Of a stretch of 64,000 bases of DNA, positions 36,150-49,980 are shown in pieces. Origin of the DNA: the human T2T-CHM13v2.0 reference genome, Homo sapiens. Below the pieces are notes generated by a model, which worked only from the letters and a program-made list of their open reading frames with translations, ran no database searches and had not been told where the DNA came from. Where the stretch lies: the NCBI RefSeq assembly GCF_009914755.1, contig NC_060933.1; one strand, given 5' to 3'. The number at the start of each line of letters is the position of its first letter. The stretch's first letter is position 1. Made by a program: the position numbers and the translations under genes.

Positions 36150-37477
36150 CACTCCAGGAGCACAGACAAACAGCAAATGTAGTAGCTAAGAAAATTATAC
36201 AATCACAGGGAGACTTTAAAAAAAAAAAGGTGAGCAACTTCCGGTTTCAATCTTCTTTTGTTTATTGTGATCAGATTTAAGTTGTGCATGTGTGGAATAG
36301 GAAAGGTGTCTCTGCCATTGGTGGGGCCTGGTGCCTTTTCTTTATCACCAGGAATAGTTGGTGAGTTTACTCAAAATGCACTTTCTATTTTCACTCACAT
36401 ACCTAGCTTCAAATTCTGAAAGAGCACTATTTTTTTTTTTTTTAAACGGTGGGGCAGGTTACACTCAAGACCTAGAGATTTAACTGCTGCCTTGAATACT
36501 GTCACCTTCAGAATAGTTAATATAACTTTCTGGGATTAACAGGTCTGTCACCTAGGCCAACCCTCCTGCTAACCAATTTCTCTTTCACTTAAGGTCAACA
36601 GCCAGGGCCAGGCTTTGGGGATTAGCAGACAATCTCCAAACCTAAGTTTGGAGAAAGCTGCTTTCCAGAAAAAACAATGGATCAACTAAATAGCTTTACC
36701 CTGGAGTTTTATTCAACCCACCCACTGTGACAGTTCCAAACACAAGGCAGGTCTTTGAACTGACCTGGTCTCCCTTAAGATGTGTTTGTAATCATGGGTT
36801 GAAAGTGGCCAAAGGCGAAGATATCAGAGTTTATGCATAGAACATCTTACATCAGGGCTGAACCTTGGACTCAACAATCCAGATAAGAAATGCAGGATGA
36901 AAATTAGCCAACAAGGGTCATGGGAGCACAGCTCTCATGGACAGACACATTAGCACACTGAGGAATAAGCCATGCCAGGAATCAAATTAGAATGTGCAAA
37001 GCTTGTCAGATTTTTCTAAAGAATGCCATTTGCTCTGCGGTTTTAAAATCATACCAAATTAACCTCTGGGTCCATATGACCTAAAGGGCTTTGCAAAACA
37101 ACAACATATTTAGAGCCTCAAGTAATGAAGAAGTCAAAAAAGCTCCAAAGAGCATGAGCTGAGAAGGTGAATGTAAGCACAGCCAACCAATCAGTAAACA
37201 CTTCCCAGCACGAACACTCACCAAGTGCATCCCCAAGGTTGAGCTGCCAGATGTTATGTTTGAATGAAAGCCAAACTAAGGTTTGTGAGAAAGCTTGCCA
37301 GACAGAGGAAAAGTTACTCTTACATATTAAACATAAAAAAAAACGTTCTCCAGAATGAATGATTTCTCTTTGGGACAACAGTCAAGTGGCAAGTGCTTCT
37401 CCCAGAGAGAGAGAGAGAGAGGTATCTTAGACTACTTTTCAGCTAATGGTTAAGAGTTGAAGACTGTGCCAACTTAC

Positions 37478-37603
37478 CCTGGCATCTGTGACCTTGAATT
37501 CCCTTAGGATATACTGTGGCATGTTGTACTCAGCCATGGGATCTACAACAAAGTACTGGTATCTTGCAGACCGTTCTGCTGGCCAGTATTGGTGACATTT
37601 CTC
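37478..37603 (-). CDS. PTPRD: PTPRD coding exon (126 nt), D2
   Basis: cttttag|GAG...GCC AGG|gtaagt. Translates [42 protein letters not shown] (KCxxYWP motif). Confidence 0.97.
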
Positions 37604-38898
37604 CTAAAAGGAGAGAAGATTAATGTTAAACTATGCAAAGTATAAAGAACATTCTGTATATTATCTATCTATCTATCTAATCTATCTAATTTCCTTATCC
37701 CATTAATAAAATTTCAAAATTCAAGGCAATTCCAATTGCATATGACTCATTTCCTCTTAGAAACCATGAGCTCCCTTCATAGGGAAACCCTTTGGTTCAG
37801 TATTTGCCTATGGCATCCAGCACGGTCTCTGGCAGATAGTAGCTGCTTAATATACACGAGTTGAATTGAGAATTGAATACTTTCATAGGGTAAGCATCTT
37901 CATACCTACAAGTTATCCAAATAATTACATCAGTCCTTGGACAATGCTGGCCATGACAATAACACATTGCACCACCACAGCATACTTGCACCACTATGGT
38001 TTGGAATGAAGAGAACCATCAGTATGGACATAGAAAGAAACCTCCGAATTGATTTGTTCCAATCTTACTTGTCAAGGAAACGAGGGGCCCAGTCCATTTT
38101 AATGACTTGGCTAAACCCTGCAGAGTCATTGGCCAAATCAGAGTAAGTCAGTTACTTTCCTCGTCTGATATTCTTTTTGTTCTCTCCGGGGGCTCTACAA
38201 GTTGGGCTTTAGCTGCACTTCTATTTAATTTACACAAAGAAGACAGAAAGAAAATATCTGAAGCAAATACGAAATAATGCTTACATCAAGTCAATCTAAG
38301 AGGTATCTCTAAATAATATTAGGTCATAGTGGTAGAGCAGTATTAATAGTAGAAACCTTAAGTATTTCTAATACTATTTTATGTGTATTTCAAAAAAAAA
38401 CAAACCACTTTTTTCAAAAGTGGATCTGGGATTACCAGGTTATATCCTTAGAAAAACTATGTTGCTTTCCAACACTTTATTCAATGGGAGTGAAAGGTAG
38501 GCAAGTAAGAATTTGCCTCAGGAAGAAAAGAAAGTCAAGTTCCTTCATAAGTAGAAATGATGGCACATCAAACTCTAGCCTGTCCAGAACAAAAGGCAGT
38601 AAGAATATGCTAAAAGAAGTCCGACATAAGTCAAACGGGGACACCTGCTACTCATTTGTCTCCATGCTTGTGCTTCACTGGAAACAAATCACTAGATCTT
38701 TCTTTAAAACACATAAATTTAAACACTTGATGTGGCTTTACAAATTTAGAAACTAACAAGGAATGATGGTCCGGATTATGTCCAGAGTGCACTGCATTTC
38801 AAAAAAAATGATCTAGCACAAGAGTTATTGAAACAAAGTCTTCATTTCTCCACAGAGTAAATGTCTTATGAGGAGACACACAAGGGCCACACACTTAC

Positions 38899-39025
38899 TC
38901 TGCCCATTTCACGCAGCTTGGTGAGCATCACAACTATGGTGGAATTGTGTTCCCAGAGCATCCGCCAGAAGTCTTCAGTGGTCTCTGCCAAGGGCCCCTG
39001 GGTAGCGATGTAGGCTTTCTGTTGT
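38899..39025 (-). CDS. PTPRD: PTPRD coding exon (127 nt), D2
   Basis: ttcag|A CAA...GGC AGA|gtaagt. Translates [42 protein letters not shown] (YIATQGP, DFWRM motifs). Not listed in the ORF track. Confidence 0.97.
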
Positions 39026-39645
39026 CTGAATTACAGAGAATGAAAAGAATGTGTTAAAGTATTTAGAGAACATGCAAAAGCTCACACTGGATACATAAAC
39101 ATCAACCTGCTAATAAAAAACGAAAACATATTATTAATGCAATTGAGGTAAATTCCTGCTAAGATTAAATAATCAAATAAGAGCATTTAATACATTTTGG
39201 GGACTTCGCAAACTAAATTGCTTGTTAATATTATGATGTATGTCTTTATCATTATTATTTGAATTTTAGCGCAATGCTAATAGCTCAATTTCATTGTCAT
39301 ACAAATTACTTAAGAAACACTTAGATGTGCAGCTTCATTTTCTAGAAATTATTCTCACACAATCTATTAAATTTATGAAATATGGTACAAAACAGATTCT
39401 TTATTAACTACTTACATATCCAATTGGCTTATGAAAGAAGAGTGCAGAAGGCCAGATTAAACACTTCATAACTACTACTCCTAACTCCTATCCAAAATAA
39501 CAAAAAAACAAATACCAAGGGACTAAATGATGACCTATGCAGAAAGAAAATGTCTTTGAATGGAGATGAAATTTATTCTGGTTATTAAACTAGGGCACAT
39601 GTAAATATCAAGGCTTTGGATAGTCAGGGGAGCAAAAGTAGATAC

Positions 39646-39824
39646 CTGTATCCATCAATAAAACTGGCATTGATGTAATCAGATCCTTCTACTCCACGGA
39701 TAGGCTGCAGGCATACCCTTGTGGATTCATATGGCATAATATTAACAAGGCGATTTTTGAATTTATTACATGGAAGATTGGCACTGATAAACCTTGAGGT
39801 GTGAGCTTTTGAGCTGGCTAGACG
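39646..39824 (-). CDS. PTPRD: PTPRD coding exon (179 nt): start of D2
   Basis: caacag|CGT...TAC AG|gtatc. Translates [59 protein letters not shown](R), with KNRL and DYINAS motifs, in phase with flanking exons. Confidence 0.97.
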
Positions 39825-40248
39825 CTGTTGAATAGGAAAAAAAAAAAAGGAAAAACCCAACAAAGATCATTTTCACCTACAGTTTGAATGCAGTGTACCC
39901 CAGATTTCCCTTTTAGATATAAATCTTTTGTTTACTTAAAGTAAATGACTATTCAAATTGTACTGCTTTTCACATCTACCTAATCACTCTCTATAGCCTA
40001 TTGGATTTCTATATATTTTCTGAAAGTATAGTCTCTCAAGTTAGGAGACATAAGGGCTCAAGATATTGTTAGGAAGCAAAGAATAGAAGAGGAAAAGGGG
40101 AGGAATACATTTTATAATCATACACCTGAGGGAAAGGTCAAATGAATCTTGTACTTCACAAATTTGAAAGGTTAAAGTAAAGCCACGACTCAAAGACAAA
40201 CCCAGAATGACTTGCTCCTGAATAACCACATCACATCCAATACCATAC

Positions 40249-40534
40249 CTTAAATTCGAGCTCCATTCCTGTGACATTCTCTCCCGTTTCTATTTGTGTC
40301 AGCTTCTGAATGTAGGCATACAAGTTTCTAGCTGGCACTTCGGTATTTCCACAAGTCACTGCTTCTAACAGTGCATCATGGATAAAGATGTATTGGTCTT
40401 CTGTTTGAACCATATAGTTCCTCTGGGCTCTCATTAAAGTTACATGGCCATAAATATCTACAGTTTTTTCATGCTTTATTCTTTCTAACATGGCATCTAT
40501 GACGATGAAGCAACCAGTCCGGCCAACTCCCGCA
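40249..40534 (-). CDS. PTPRD: PTPRD coding exon (286 nt): end of PTP domain D1 and D1-D2 linker
   Basis: Acceptor tcatag| and donor AAG|gtatgg. Translates (S)[48 protein letters not shown]...GMELEFK, containing the second half of the PTP signature and the Q-loop of a LAR-family RPTP. Confidence 0.97.
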
Positions 40535-43500
40535 CTATGAGGAAAATAGAGAAGAAAAGCCCAAATAAACCTATCAGAAAATCAATACATAATAAAAGTA
40601 TTTTTATTATTCTTATTAACTAGACCTTACATCCATTACTTCTACTCAAATAGCTATTGGGATGACTTTGTAATACTCTAAAGTCAAAAGTATTATCTAG
40701 GCACCATAATCAGAGGACAGGGAACAAAAGACTGAGTAAAATTAGTTTAGTTTTAAAATGTAAAAAATATTAAATCCATAATCACTATGTTCCTTGATCA
40801 TGCAATACAAAGTGAACATTATTTCGAAAACTTTTGAAGTCATTATGAAAAAAATACAAACATTTAGTCTGTCCATATTTAGAAGATAGTTTTATATATT
40901 GGTCCAGATCTGGCTAGGCTATAGTTCTTGCAAACTCTCTCAATCTGTTTTCGTCCCATGTACAAAACATAAAGATTGTTTTTACAGTCTCAAGCTAAAC
41001 CTCGCATGCTTCCTATTTATCAAACCCTTCAGGCTGAGGACATTTATGTGTCAAGTATGGTTCAATCCAAAATACTTTCTCTTCCTGATCATGCGGGTTT
41101 ATCAGGCTGGTAAACATGTCATCAACAGGAATAGGTATATAATAGGTGTATATTACCATCTTAGGTAACAGGCAACAGACAGCCTCCTTCATTTGCTACA
41201 TGCTATGTTTCCTGTCATCTGTGTATCTATGTGTTCATTTATTGTCCATCCCTCATTGATCTGTCCATTTCTTCATTCAATAAACAATGAAGTACTCTGC
41301 TAAGTGAAATAGGGGATACGACATAAAGATGACTTAGATGCTATCTCTAAAGAGCTCAGAGTGTATCGAAGGGACATAATACTTTATACACAGCTATTTC
41401 TAAACAAGAAAGAAAAAGGATGTATTAGTTTTGTATATGATGTGGCATTTGAAGTAGGACTTGAAGGACAGGAAGGATGAGGAATTAAAGATGTTGTAGT
41501 ATGAACAAAGGACGGATGGCTTTGGTAATCACACTGCTGGCTCTGGGAGCTACATGTGAAATTTTCATAGGTCTGGCAAGGCACCTTTGCAACGAAGATA
41601 CCAGAACTCCAAAACAAATGAGTTAATGCTCACCAGGGTGCCTGTCTCAACTGAAATGGCAGTTTCTGTTTGGTATCATAGTGGCTGCAAGGCAGTAAGA
41701 GATCATTTTTTTTTTAAACAAAATAATACCTTTATTTAACTGCTGAACAGTGTATATCAAAGCTAGCTTGCATACAGGAGCTCTGTGGTTTACAGACTGG
41801 GCTAACTAGCTGGGAATTTGATATAACCACTACTTTAAAATAGGTTACTTTTTTATGTCCTATGCCAGAGGGCTCCTGAATACTGATGCCAAGAATCCAA
41901 TCCCAAGTATAAACCCACAAATTGACATGACATTGATATATCATGCAAAAGCCTTCTGAGACAGAGAGTCCTACAAATGATAGCACATACCTTAGCACAG
42001 ACCAATTGGCAACCTGATGCAAACATTAATATAGAGCAAAGTCGGCCTGGTGGTTCCAGTTCCTTGAGATCCATGAAGTCTCATTTTATTTAGTTGGTTC
42101 TAAAGAAACCTGTTAGATGGCGAGTTTTCCCTGACATTCCCCATTCCTACCCTCCCAGGTGGTTTTAATCATCCTCTGCCTCAGATCCCTGGTTGCCCTC
42201 AAATACCCCTTTACTACAATTCTAACCAAATTATATTATTAATTTAGGGCAGCCATCCATAAACAACAGCATACATCTTGAGAGCAGGAACTGCATTAAA
42301 AAAAATATTTGTGTGCCCTACACAAAGCATGCAGTAAGTGCTCAACAGTGTTTGTGAAATAAGTAAACAAATTAGTGACTGGCTTGAGATGCCTGCAGTA
42401 ATGAGCAGCCCGTCCCGGTAAGGTAAGCCTACTTAGGAAGCAGGACTCTTCAGACCATGCAAAATCCTACATTTGACAAGGGTTTGGAATTATGTAAGGA
42501 GTACCCGAGGACTCCTCTGCATAGTGTTTGATCAGGAATAAAGAGACAGGAAAATCACTTTAAGTAGTCTCTTTGCTGGTCTCCTGATATGCCATCAGAT
42601 TGCAGTTAAAGGAACCTAAGTCAGACTCAACCTGGAAAAGATTTGTCTTTCTGGGTTTCTTTCAAACTCCATGTTTGGCAGGTCCTGAGACTCCAAGTAA
42701 CATCTTTCGTTCTTTCTGTGTTGTCTTTCTAAATTGTCTTCATTGCAGCTGTGAATCGTTTCTCATGGACACAGTTTTATGCAGTTCTTCCCAGTGGAAA
42801 CCACACTGTAAACCTTAGAACTGAGCCCTATACATCAAGTCAATTCTAGATAATGGCAGGACTATTTTCTCAAAATATGCATCAGGGACCATTCAAATGT
42901 CTGGATGATGCATGGTTCTATATTCTGGCAGAAAGATACTACAGAATCTTGCAAAATTGGTAGGAATAACTCCAACTCTAAACAGTATCAACCTTTTCAT
43001 AATGGTGATTTTTTTTTTCCAAAAAATAAGGGAAAAAAATCAAATACGTGTGAGTCCAAATCATGAATTGTGGGATGAAAAGAAATAACAGAGGCTATGA
43101 CTTGAACAAAACCTATTTTTTCCCCCACAATTCAAAATATTGTTAACTGCCCAATCCTGCTATTCATATGGAAGATAGGGAAGGAGCTGACGTTTGGAAC
43201 TTAATGTGTTACCTTCTTCTAGGATGAAGAATTCTTGAGGGATTTAAACATTAAATAAGTGTTTTCGCTTGAAGCAAGACCTTGAGGCTTAAGGTACCTC
43301 TTCAGACATCAATGGCTGTGTGTCCTTGAGAAAGACATTTTAACCCCTTCCTTATATTCCCATATTTCTTAAATGATAGTGACAGTTAACTCTTATTAAC
43401 GTTAATTTTCTAGTGAGTCTAATTATCCAGTAAGTCTTAAGGCTAAATTAAAAATACCAAGTGTTTTGCAAACATAATGGAAAAGGCAGTTACTTTCTAG

Positions 43501-44943
43501 GTACAAACTCCATTTTAACATTCAGTCTCTAAAGCTGACAATGAGAAACAAGCAATGTAATGCTGGGAAAATTATGACAGAATTACTTTAGAAACATTTG
43601 AGATTTGGCTTTTAAAATCTTGCTTTCGTCTACTCTCTCAAGCTGCTCTTCCTTTCCTCTGCCTTCTTTCCAATAAATGTGCCTTATACCTGAGGAGCTT
43701 TCTGCGTTCACATTTATCATCGTGGCAAATGAGATGGCAGGCAAGGGCCTTCCTACCACAGTGCTTGACACCTAAGAAGCATTCAGTAAATGTTGGTTTC
43801 CTTTCCCCTTCTCTGACAACACTTGGGAACTGCCCTGAAGTCCTACAGTCATGCACGCCATACCTGGATAGCAGAGAAGACTCAAATGCAGGTTCTGAGG
43901 TGTTAAAATTTAGCACCCTGTTCCCAGCACCCCCAGTGCTTCACAATGCTTTCCACCATTTAGGTCAGCAGTCATTGCCAAATATGGTGACTTTCCTGTA
44001 GAGCGCTCGTCTGTGATATTTCATTGGCAGCATTTGACTATCCCTAATGCAGGTTCCTAGAAAAGCTTTCTATCCTTGGTTTTAAGGACACTAGTCAAGG
44101 GAGTATGGGAAACATCAGATACTCCCTTGGGGTTAATGGTAGCAAGGGTGGAGATTGTGTCATTACTCCAGACACAAAATAATCCAAAACAGGTAGTACA
44201 CGAAATCAGCCCAAAATAATTGTATCATGATCCTGTATCACGGTTCCATTGATTCTGTAACAGGGTAGAATTCCTACCACGTTTGAAATCGAAATCAAAG
44301 ATGAACTCTAAATGTCATCTTCAGAAATCTACTGGCATCCGTTCAGACTGTGCCTCAGTATGTTTCGTTTTGTTTTTTTTATTTGACTCCAGTGCTAATT
44401 CTCTACCTGCCTCTCTGGATTCTTCCATCTGTATCAATTTCACGGATTACATATCTCTGCCAGTCCCCAAAATGTAGATAATGCTCCAAAAGTTCTGTCC
44501 TTCTTTCTCTCAGTAGTAGTCTCCAAAGGATTCCTAAAGTGATGCCTTTCTTTTTCAGCACAAGTGGAGATCTATATTTCAAACTGTCTTCAAGTTTATC
44601 AAAAATAAAGATTCTAAGCTTAATCAGTATCTTCTCCTTTCAAATCTGCTCCTCCCACTCTCAGGCTCTCCTTGACACTCAGGTTTAAAACTGAAAAATC
44701 ATCTTAGACTCTTTTTGCCTCTTACCCTGCAAAATAATAAATTATAAATTGTTATGTATTCAAACTCCACGATTATCTTCAACTCCCCATCAGTGGTGTG
44801 CTAGAGCTAGCAAAAGCCAATCCTTACATTTTCAGGGATTATTTGCTGAAATAAATATATTAAAAATAAAGGTAATATATAAAACTCATTGTTTCTTAAT
44901 TGTTTCAAATTATTTTATGCTCTTGAGGTGAAAACATCATATA

Positions 44944-45660
44944 GAGTAGTCCCCTTTTATCTGTGGTTTTGACTTTCTGCAATCTCAGTTATTTGCGGTT
45001 AACCACGGTCTGAAAATATTAAATGGAAAATTCCAGAAATAAGTTTTCAATGACATACTTTTCTGAAAAGTGTGGTGAAATCTCAAGCCCTCCCTTTCCA
45101 TCCAGCCCAGGGTGTGAATCAATCCCTTTGTCCAGTGTATCCATGCTATACAGGCTGCCTGCCTGTTAGTCACTTAGTAGCCATCTCGGTTATCCGATGG
45201 ACTGCCCTGGTATTGTAGTGTTTGTCTTCAACTAACCCTTATTTTACTTGATGGCCCCAAAGTGCAAGAGTAGTGATCTGGGCAATTTGGATATGCCAAA
45301 AAGCAGCTGCAAAGTGCTTCCTTTAAGTGAAAAGGTGAAAGTTTTCAATAAGGAAAGAAAGAGAAATCGTATGCTGAGGTTGCTAAGATCTATGGTAAGA
45401 ATCAATCCTCTATATGTACAATTGTGAAGAAGGAAAAAGAAATTCATGATTGTTCTGCTGTTGCACCTCAAACTGCAAAAGCTACGGCCACAGTATGTGA
45501 TAAGCACTTAGTTAAGATGAAAAAGGCATTAAATTTTGGGTGAAATACATGAACAGAAACATGCCATGACTGATGGCAAGTGAGCTTGGTACTCTCTGGG
45601 GACTCAGGCATCCACTGGGGATGTTGGATCATATCCCCTGCGGATAGAGGGGGACTACAC
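44944..45660 (+). mobile_element. MER44 (Tigger7-derived) DNA transposon
   Basis: TA-flanked. TIRs agtagtccccttttatctg and gcggatagagggggactac. Internal atggccccaaagtgcaagagtagtgat. Confidence 0.85.
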
Positions 45661-46140
45661 TAATAATGTGCTGGTGATCGTCTCTCTCTAGTGACCTCAT
45701 GTTTGTAGCTTGAAATCATCCATGGGAATATTTACACCAAAGAAATCAGGAAATACTACTTTTTTTCTCCCCAGAGAGCAGGTTTTTACATATTTACCAG
45801 CACATATGACTATGCTAAAGCATCCATTCCCACCATCCAGGGACAAAGAGGAAGAGTTCCTAACTTTGTTCTTCCATCCATATTTGTTGTATTTTCATGA
45901 CTCTGTCGCCTACTATTCCACAAACATTTACTGAGTGCCTACCATGTGCTGAGACATCGAAGAAGGAATGAGCAGAACAAACGTGATCTTTCCTGTCGGA
46001 GCTTACAGTTTAGTGGGGGAATCTGACATTAAATAATCACATGAATAAACATCTAATTACAAATCTCAAGCGGCGCTGTGAGGCAAATGTGAAGGATGCT
46101 GGTAGAGCACCTTTGAGGAAGTGCCATTGAAACTGAAATC

Positions 46141-46535
46141 TGTTATGGGCTGAATTGTGTTTTTCTTCTCAAAATTCATATGTTGAAACGCTAACCCCCA
46201 GTGTGACTGTATTGGACACAGGGCCTTTAGGGAGGTAATTAAGGTTACATGAAGTCACAAGGTGGGAGCTTTAATCAGATAGGATGGATGTCCTTGTAAG
46301 AGGAAGAGACACCAGAGATCTTTTTCTCTATGCATACACAGAGGAAAGGCCGTGTGACGGCACAGTGAGAAAGTAGTCATCTAAAAGCCAGGAAGAGAGG
46401 CCTCTCCTGAAACCAACTCTGCCAGCACCTTCATCTTGGACTTCCAGCATCCTGAATGGTGAGAAAGTAAGTTTCTGTTGTTTGAGCCACTCAGTTCGGA
46501 GTATTTTGTTATGGAAGCCCCAGCAGACTAACGCA
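46141..46535 (+). mobile_element. MLT1A-like MaLR solo LTR, inserted in an L2 remnant
   Basis: tgttatgggctgaattgtgt...gtattttgttatggaagccccagcagactaa. L2-like aaacatttactgagtgcctaccatgtg lies at ~45921. Confidence 0.8.
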
Positions 46536-49379
46536 ATACCTAAAGGTCAAGTAACTGTTTGCTAAATAAAGAGGGTGGAAAAGCTTTTGAAAAGATATCC
46601 TAAAAAAAAGTGCTAGAATAGACAACATAGCACATTTGAATAACTAACAGAAAGCCATCGGCTGAAAGGCAGTGAGGGAAAAAGAGGGCATGTTCCACAT
46701 AGTTATTTTCCATTTTAGGGACTGGCTATAACATTTTTATTAAACTTATAACCACATCAGCAGCATTTATTTAGAATAATTCTGCCTCACATGTTTCACA
46801 GTTTATCTTTCTGACATGGCTCATCTATTCTTGAGTTTATTTTGATGCATCTATTGGTTGGCTGGAATATGTCTTTGAATAATGCTTTATATAAGATATG
46901 CATGGATGCCACTTTTTCTGATGCCTTATATATCTGAGAAACCCTTTGTGGGTTTCTTTTTTTCTTTACATATGACCAACAACTTGGTTTTGTGCAGGAT
47001 TACTGGGCTCCAATATTATCTCTTCAAACTCTAAATACATTGCTTCACGGTCTTTGTTGTCCTTTGACAAAGTCATAGGCCAGTCTGGTTTCTGGTCTTT
47101 TAATAGTAATTTTTGCCCCAAGTAATTGGGGGTTGTTTCTTTAACTTGGAGGTTCAAAAATTTCATCTAGATATGCTTTAGGCATTGATCTCACTGTTAA
47201 AACCGCAGGGCCCTCAGGTAATATTTTCATTACAAGATTCTTGGCTGTTCCTCAGCACTAGTTCAAATTAAACATGTTTTATGCTTTCCCACCTCTGGGC
47301 GTTTGTGACGCTGGACCTTCTACCTCCTTCTCATCTGTTGACATGTACTTTCCTTCAAGATTCACCTCAACTGCTGCACCCTGAATCAACATTTCCTTTT
47401 GATTTATTCCTCCTTGGACTCTTTTGACAATTTATAACTATTTTTTCAGCAACTGCCTTACTTTAGTTTTGTTTTCTGGTTATTATCCTTATGCCAGTTG
47501 GCGCTCTCCTCCAGGGAAAAGACAACAGCTTCGTTGTCTCTACTGTTTGGCAATTTCCATGCCAGGGAAATTGAAGGTGCTCAACTCGAGTGACAAAATT
47601 TATAAAAAAAAAAAATTTAAAAAACTTTAAAAATAGGAAGCCCTCTCCCAGATCAATAACACATAGGGGAACATTTCCCCGAAGCCCCCAGCATGGGAAA
47701 ATTCCTTTGATACATGTTTACAAAGATAAAGTAATGCTTATAATTTGATGAGATGCAAACAACCTGTGCTTATGCTTCACTCCAATTGCTGAGAAATAAC
47801 AAACCTCCGGCACTTATTTTTCCTTAAGAAATTGAATGTTGAAAATTCAGAGCTTTTAAAAGTATCCCAGCCTACTTTTGTTTGAATTTCCAAGTTCCCA
47901 CAGCAGCATATATTTATTTTGTTTCCTTCTCCAATTTACTCTTTTTTTGTTCACCCATCAGTATCTGAGTGCAGTGCACCTCTCAAAATGAAGGATTGTA
48001 CTTCTAAAAGCAAATGCATTTTTCTTTGATCCTGAAAAACTCAGCTCTCCATTGCAGTGATAATGACGGAACCCTATTTAGTGCTGTTTGTTTTTCATCA
48101 TTTCAACAGCCTTCAACTTGAAACATGATAAGAACAGCAAAACTGATAAACCACCCTTATTTTTATCTGTTTTCTGTCAGAGTAGTTGCCAAGCACTGAG
48201 ACAGATTTTTCTAAATATCTTTTTAAAAAAGGAGTGCATAACCCTGTGCTTCAGGCTGAGGCCAGCACAATTTAGTACATTTATTATGTTATGTTACAGA
48301 AAATTCCAGCAAAAAGAGAACGGCAAGTTTAAATGGAGTCTAGCATTATGTTGGTCTCTGTTATCCCTAAAGTAAAATCAACTTTTTATTTTCCGGTGAG
48401 GACAACTATTCCACTAATGAGAATCAGAACACAAACTCTATATTTGTTTGACTTCAGCAGCAAACCAAATTATTGCTAAACTTTAGTGGTTTTTTTTTTT
48501 TTTTTAAATTTCAGTAAGTGATAGACGTTCCAGTGTTTACAAGCTGAAAGACTATGCAATCCATTAAACAAGTATGCCTACTAGGAAATTGTTATTACTT
48601 CAATATTATCATTCATCCAGTTACAACATTTGTTTTCAATTTCTAAAAACATGATTGAGTTAGTCCCACGAGTTGAAACGGGCTTAATGTCCCGTGATGT
48701 GATACAGTAGTAATGTGCAAAAAGAAAAAATTAAGAGGCATACAGGGACTGTTTTATGCTAAAGTCATTCTGGAGATGTGTTTAAAAGTTGGCTTTTCTG
48801 ATTAATGTGGTGGAGTTTTAATGCTGACCCTTTCCTGGTACTTCACTGATCTGGCAAAGAAAGACAATAGAATTAGGATATTTCACACATCATTTAGTTG
48901 GGTGCCAAGACAGTAAAATATGGACTAAAAAAATCATTGTGAGCATTTTGTACATATGTCAGCTTATAATTTGATTGGATATAGTTCACCTATCATAATG
49001 GTATATGAACTACAAGTATTTGACATCTATGAGAAAAGATTGAGTTTTACGACTCAGGTTTATAAGATTAATTAGGTGACTCTTTTAATAAAACTGTGAT
49101 GTGACTCTGATGAGGCTGCCATTGTGAAAACCTTCTTTCATTCTTTGATAAAAATCAACATTTAACTTTATAAGCAGATACTGGGCATCTCTACGATATT
49201 TGGGGTTCACTACAAAAAACAGACCCACAGATAGGTTAGTTTCTTCTAGCATCTCTTTTACCTAGGATAACTAGAGAAATTATATTAATTTCTTTGACAA
49301 AATATTCAGCTGTCTAACTTTTATATATTACAAAATTAAAATGAAAAAAAATTGAACAAATTGTCATTGATACGCAGTC

Positions 49380-49980
49380 AAATTTGTCCATGCTATTCAA
49401 CATACACTATATCCCTATACTAATTAATATATAGTAGTTATAGCAGTTTTAAGGGGTAGTTTTGCAATCTTCATTAAAATTTCAAATGCACATACTCTTT
49501 GACCCAGCACCTCCAACTCTAGAAATCTAGCACGGAGGTCTATCTACACATATGCACAAAGAGAGTAGAAAGAGATTTTATTGTAGCATTGTTGATGTAG
49601 CAAGTTAACTTAGTAAAACAATCATGGCTAGGGAACTAGTTGAATAAACTATGGTATATCAATACCATGGATGTGATGTAGCAGTTAAAAAGAATGAAGC
49701 GAATCCATGTATTGACCCTCTCCAAAATAGCATCTAAGACATTGTCAAGCCCACTTAAATATATTGCAGAACAATATATATAACATAACACCACTTACAT
49801 TGTTTTAAAAGTCCATTCAGGATTACATATCTCTATTTGTACACATGTTAATGCACAAAACATGGTCTGAAAAGATACACAAATCAGAATAGTTCTGAGA
49901 AGGATCGGTAATGGTGGCAGTACAGATAAACTTTCACTTTAGTTGAAGTATTTTTTTGTAGCTTTTTTTTTTAACAAGGA
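49380..49980 (+). mobile_element. Ancient L1ME 3' fragment
   Basis: ctttgacccagcacctccaactctagaaatcta, gaataaactatggtatatc, gcagttaaaaagaatga. Confidence 0.6.

Noticed and set aside
37601-37606. TAG-GAG tandem acceptor at the 126-nt exon
   Set aside because: A distal GAG acceptor is rarely used, and there is no evidence for the one-residue isoform.
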